Positions 29,691 through 32,000 of a DNA stretch of 32,000 nucleotides are shown one piece after another. A program made the translations under genes and the position numbers. Each line of letters opens with the position of its first letter. Positions within the stretch are counted from its first letter, which is position 1. The DNA is from Thermodesulfobacteriota bacterium. GTDB lineage: Bacteria; Desulfobacterota; WTBG01; JAGOGO01. The stretch covers positions 1,485,622 through 1,517,621 of the forward strand of contig CP113000.1 of the NCBI GenBank assembly GCA_026625185.1, written 5' to 3'. The notes under the pieces were generated by a model. The model was given only the letters and a program-made list of their open reading frames with translations, searched no databases and was not told the DNA's origin.

Positions 29691-31169
29691 ATGAGTAACA
29701 TCCTTTTTCAGCAAAGAATCAAAAAATTAGAAGAATTAAAAAAAGAGGGGGTAGCTCTCTATCCCAATACGTTCCGGGTTGATACTACTATTTTCCAATT
29801 TCGTAAAATGTTTGGAGAAGTTGACGCCCAAACCTTAGAACAGGAAAAAGGACCTTATTCTTTTGCCGGGCGCATCATGGCGGTTCGGAATTTTGGAAAA
29901 GCTGCTTTTTTTCACCTCCAGGATCGAACCGGAAAGCTTCAGGCTTTTATCCAAAAAGAGTCAACCAATAATTTTTTTCTTCTTTTTAAGGGGTTAGATA
30001 TTGGGGATTTTGTTGGCATCAAAGGGAAGCCCTTTCGAACCAAGACCAACGAACTCACCCTTCTGGTTGAAGAAATATGTCTCCTTTCTAAATCGTTGCA
30101 GCCGCTACCGGAAAAATGGCATGGTCTTACTGATGTCGAGACCCGTTACCGGCAAAGATACCTTGACTTAATCATGAACCCCGCGATCAGACGGGTATTT
30201 GAAATGAGAAGCGCGACCATTCAAGCTCTCCGCAATTTTTTTCTTGCTCGTGATTTTTTTGAAGTAGAGACACCGATGATGCACCCTATTGCCGGGGGAG
30301 CAACCGCCCGACCATTTAAAACTCATCACCATGCTCTGGGAATAGACCTTTATCTGAGGGTTGCTCCGGAATTATACCTCAAGCGACTGGTAATCGGTGG
30401 GATGGAAAGAGTATTTGAAATCAACCGAAGTTTTCGCAACGAAGGTATTTCCACCCAGCACAACCCGGAATTCACTATGCTCGAATTTTATCAAGCTTAT
30501 GCCACCTATAAAGATCTTATGGACTTAACTGAAGAAATGCTGTCTGAAGTGGTAAAGTCATTATTCGGAAGCCTCAGAATACCCTATCAAGGGGAAACAC
30601 TGGATTTTAATCCTCCCTGGAAACGGATGAGCTTAAGAGAGTCGCTTTTCTCAGTGGGTGGATTTGATTCGGAATTTTTGCGGGATCCGTTAAAAATGCG
30701 GAACTTTCTGGAAACTCACTCTGTTACGATAACTGACCAGGAAAACATCGGAAAACTCCATACCGACCTGTTTGAGGCCATCATTGAGCCTCAGTTGATC
30801 CAACCAACGTTTGTCATTAATTATCCGGTAGAAGTCTCGCCTCTTTCACGGCGACGGGACGACAATCCTTCTGAGGTTGAGCGTTTCGAACTTTTCATTG
30901 CCGGCCGAGAAATTGCGAACGCCTTCTCTGAACTCAATGATCCGAATGATCAAAAAGAACGTTTTTTAAAGCAACTGGAAGAACGAGAAAAAGACGCGGA
31001 TATTCCTCCCGAGATCGATGAAGATTATATTCGCGCCCTTGAATACGGAATGCCCCCAACCGCTGGTGAGGGTATCGGAATTGATCGTCTGGTCATGCTT
31101 TTAACCGATTCCCCTTCAATCCGGGATGTCATTTTATTTCCCCTTTTACGACCGGAGCTAAAGGGTTAA
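29691..31169 (+). CDS. lysS: Lysine--tRNA ligase, class II
   Basis: An OB-fold N-domain is present ('GRIMAVRNFGKAAFFHLQDRTGKLQ'). Class II motifs are 'FFEVETPMM', 'RVFEINRSFRNEG' and 'GEGIGIDRLVMLLT'. Confidence 0.95.
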   Translation: MSNILFQQRIKKLEELKKEGVALYPNTFRVDTTIFQFRKMFGEVDAQTLEQEKGPYSFAGRIMAVRNFGKAAFFHLQDRTGKLQAFIQKESTNNFFLLFKGLDIGDFVGIKGKPFRTKTNELTLLVEEICLLSKSLQPLPEKWHGLTDVETRYRQRYLDLIMNPAIRRVFEMRSATIQALRNFFLARDFFEVETPMMHPIAGGATARPFKTHHHALGIDLYLRVAPELYLKRLVIGGMERVFEINRSFRNEGISTQHNPEFTMLEFYQAYATYKDLMDLTEEMLSEVVKSLFGSLRIPYQGETLDFNPPWKRMSLRESLFSVGGFDSEFLRDPLKMRNFLETHSVTITDQENIGKLHTDLFEAIIEPQLIQPTFVINYPVEVSPLSRRRDDNPSEVERFELFIAGREIANAFSELNDPNDQKERFLKQLEEREKDADIPPEIDEDYIRALEYGMPPTAGEGIGIDRLVMLLTDSPSIRDVILFPLLRPELKG

Positions 31170-31171
31170 AA

Positions 31172-32000
31172 ATGAAGTTTGAATTATTCGTTAGCCTGAG
31201 ATATCTGATGGCAAAACGGAAACAAGCATTTTTTTCTATTATTACCATTATTTCTATTATCAGCGTTACCATCGGAGTAATGACCCTTATCACTGTATTG
31301 GGAGTCATGAGCGGATTTGAAAACGACCTTAAAGAAAAAATTCTCGGCACGAATGCCCATATCCGGATATTTAAGTTTGACAAGGGGATAGAGAACTACC
31401 CTGACGTATCCTCCCGGATTGCTAAGATCACGGGCGTTATGGCCACGACTCCTTTTGTCTATTCTGAGGCCATGCTTTCCTCGGAGGCTGCTGTTTCTGG
31501 TATTGTCCTCCTGGGAATCAACCCCGAAACCGTGGGTCAGGTTACTAACTTAAAACAAAACCTTATTAAAGGAAATCTCGATAATCTCATGCATCCCCCG
31601 CAAGCTTCCAACCTGCCGGGAATCTTTATCGGAAAAGAATTGGCAAAAATTTTCGGTCTTTCTTTTCTCGATGAAGTAACCGTTATCTCTCCCTTGGGTG
31701 AGCAAACCCCCATGGGGATGGTGCCGAAGATGAAAAAATTTCGGATAGTTGGTATCTTTGATTCCGGAATGTATGAATACGACACAAAATGGGCATACAT
31801 CTTTCTTCCTATCGCCCAACAATTCTTTCAGATAGGAGAAGCCGTTACCGGAATTGAGGTAAAAGTCTCCGATCCTTATGAAGCCCATACCATCGCTCGA
31901 GATATTGAGAAAAAATTGGGGTTTTCTTTTCAGGCTCGTGATTGGATGGAAATGAATAAAAACCTGTTTTCCGCCCTCCGGATAGAAAAAATTATTATGT
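31172..32000 (+). CDS. Lipoprotein-releasing ABC transporter permease (LolC/LolE family), 3' end outside the window
   Basis: It is not in the ORF track because it has no stop within the window. 'FELFVSLRYLMAKRKQAFFSIITIISIISVTIGVMTLITVLGVMSGFENDLKEKILG..AHI' is the typical LolC/E N-terminus with a MacB-like periplasmic domain. Confidence 0.85.
   Translation, partial: MKFELFVSLRYLMAKRKQAFFSIITIISIISVTIGVMTLITVLGVMSGFENDLKEKILGTNAHIRIFKFDKGIENYPDVSSRIAKITGVMATTPFVYSEAMLSSEAAVSGIVLLGINPETVGQVTNLKQNLIKGNLDNLMHPPQASNLPGIFIGKELAKIFGLSFLDEVTVISPLGEQTPMGMVPKMKKFRIVGIFDSGMYEYDTKWAYIFLPIAQQFFQIGEAVTGIEVKVSDPYEAHTIARDIEKKLGFSFQARDWMEMNKNLFSALRIEKIIM

Overview
Bacterial chromosomal window from a diderm organism. 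Type IV pilus, Lol and PEP-CTERM hallmarks are present, but the lineage cannot be assigned from sequence alone. LEFT (1-7180) is a decaying exopolysaccharide locus. It holds a LuxR-type regulator 3' end, a secreted Pro-rich protein, and an outer-membrane beta-barrel gene that is frameshifted and cut by an IS30 transposase remnant. It also holds a 5'-clipped polyprenyl glycosylphosphotransferase and a bi-domain (MDR + Gfo/Idh/MocA) oxidoreductase. CENTRE (7182-24524) is mobile DNA integrated into the 3' end of the tmRNA gene. The tmRNA 3' terminus occurs three times in direct orientation: 7182-7206 (25 nt), 9946-9975 (30 nt) and 24495-24524 (in the intact gene). This implies a decayed older island (7.2-9.9 kb, carrying a TMTC-like TPR glycosyltransferase) and an apparently intact ~14.6 kb island. 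The intact island has a tyrosine integrase, a Xis-like HTH gene, a Prim-Pol/DUF3987 replicase, XRE regulators and matching tandem CTGACAAA motifs inside both ends. Its cargo comprises a translationally coupled Panacea (DUF4065) gene plus an unknown 236-aa partner (candidate new toxin-antitoxin or defence pair). Further cargo is a PEP-CTERM repeat protein, a USP, a FimB/E-sized recombinase behind a structured leader, a secreted nuclease with an adhesin-like protein, and a zinc-ribbon orphan. RIGHT (24495-32000) is housekeeping: ssrA, smpB, rlmN, pilT, pilC, lysS and a LolC/E-type permease running off the window. A family of TTAAGG/CCTTAA-rich palindromic elements fills most core-genome intergenic gaps, and a related palindrome lies in-frame in a coding linker. 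No rRNA, tRNA or CRISPR array was found.
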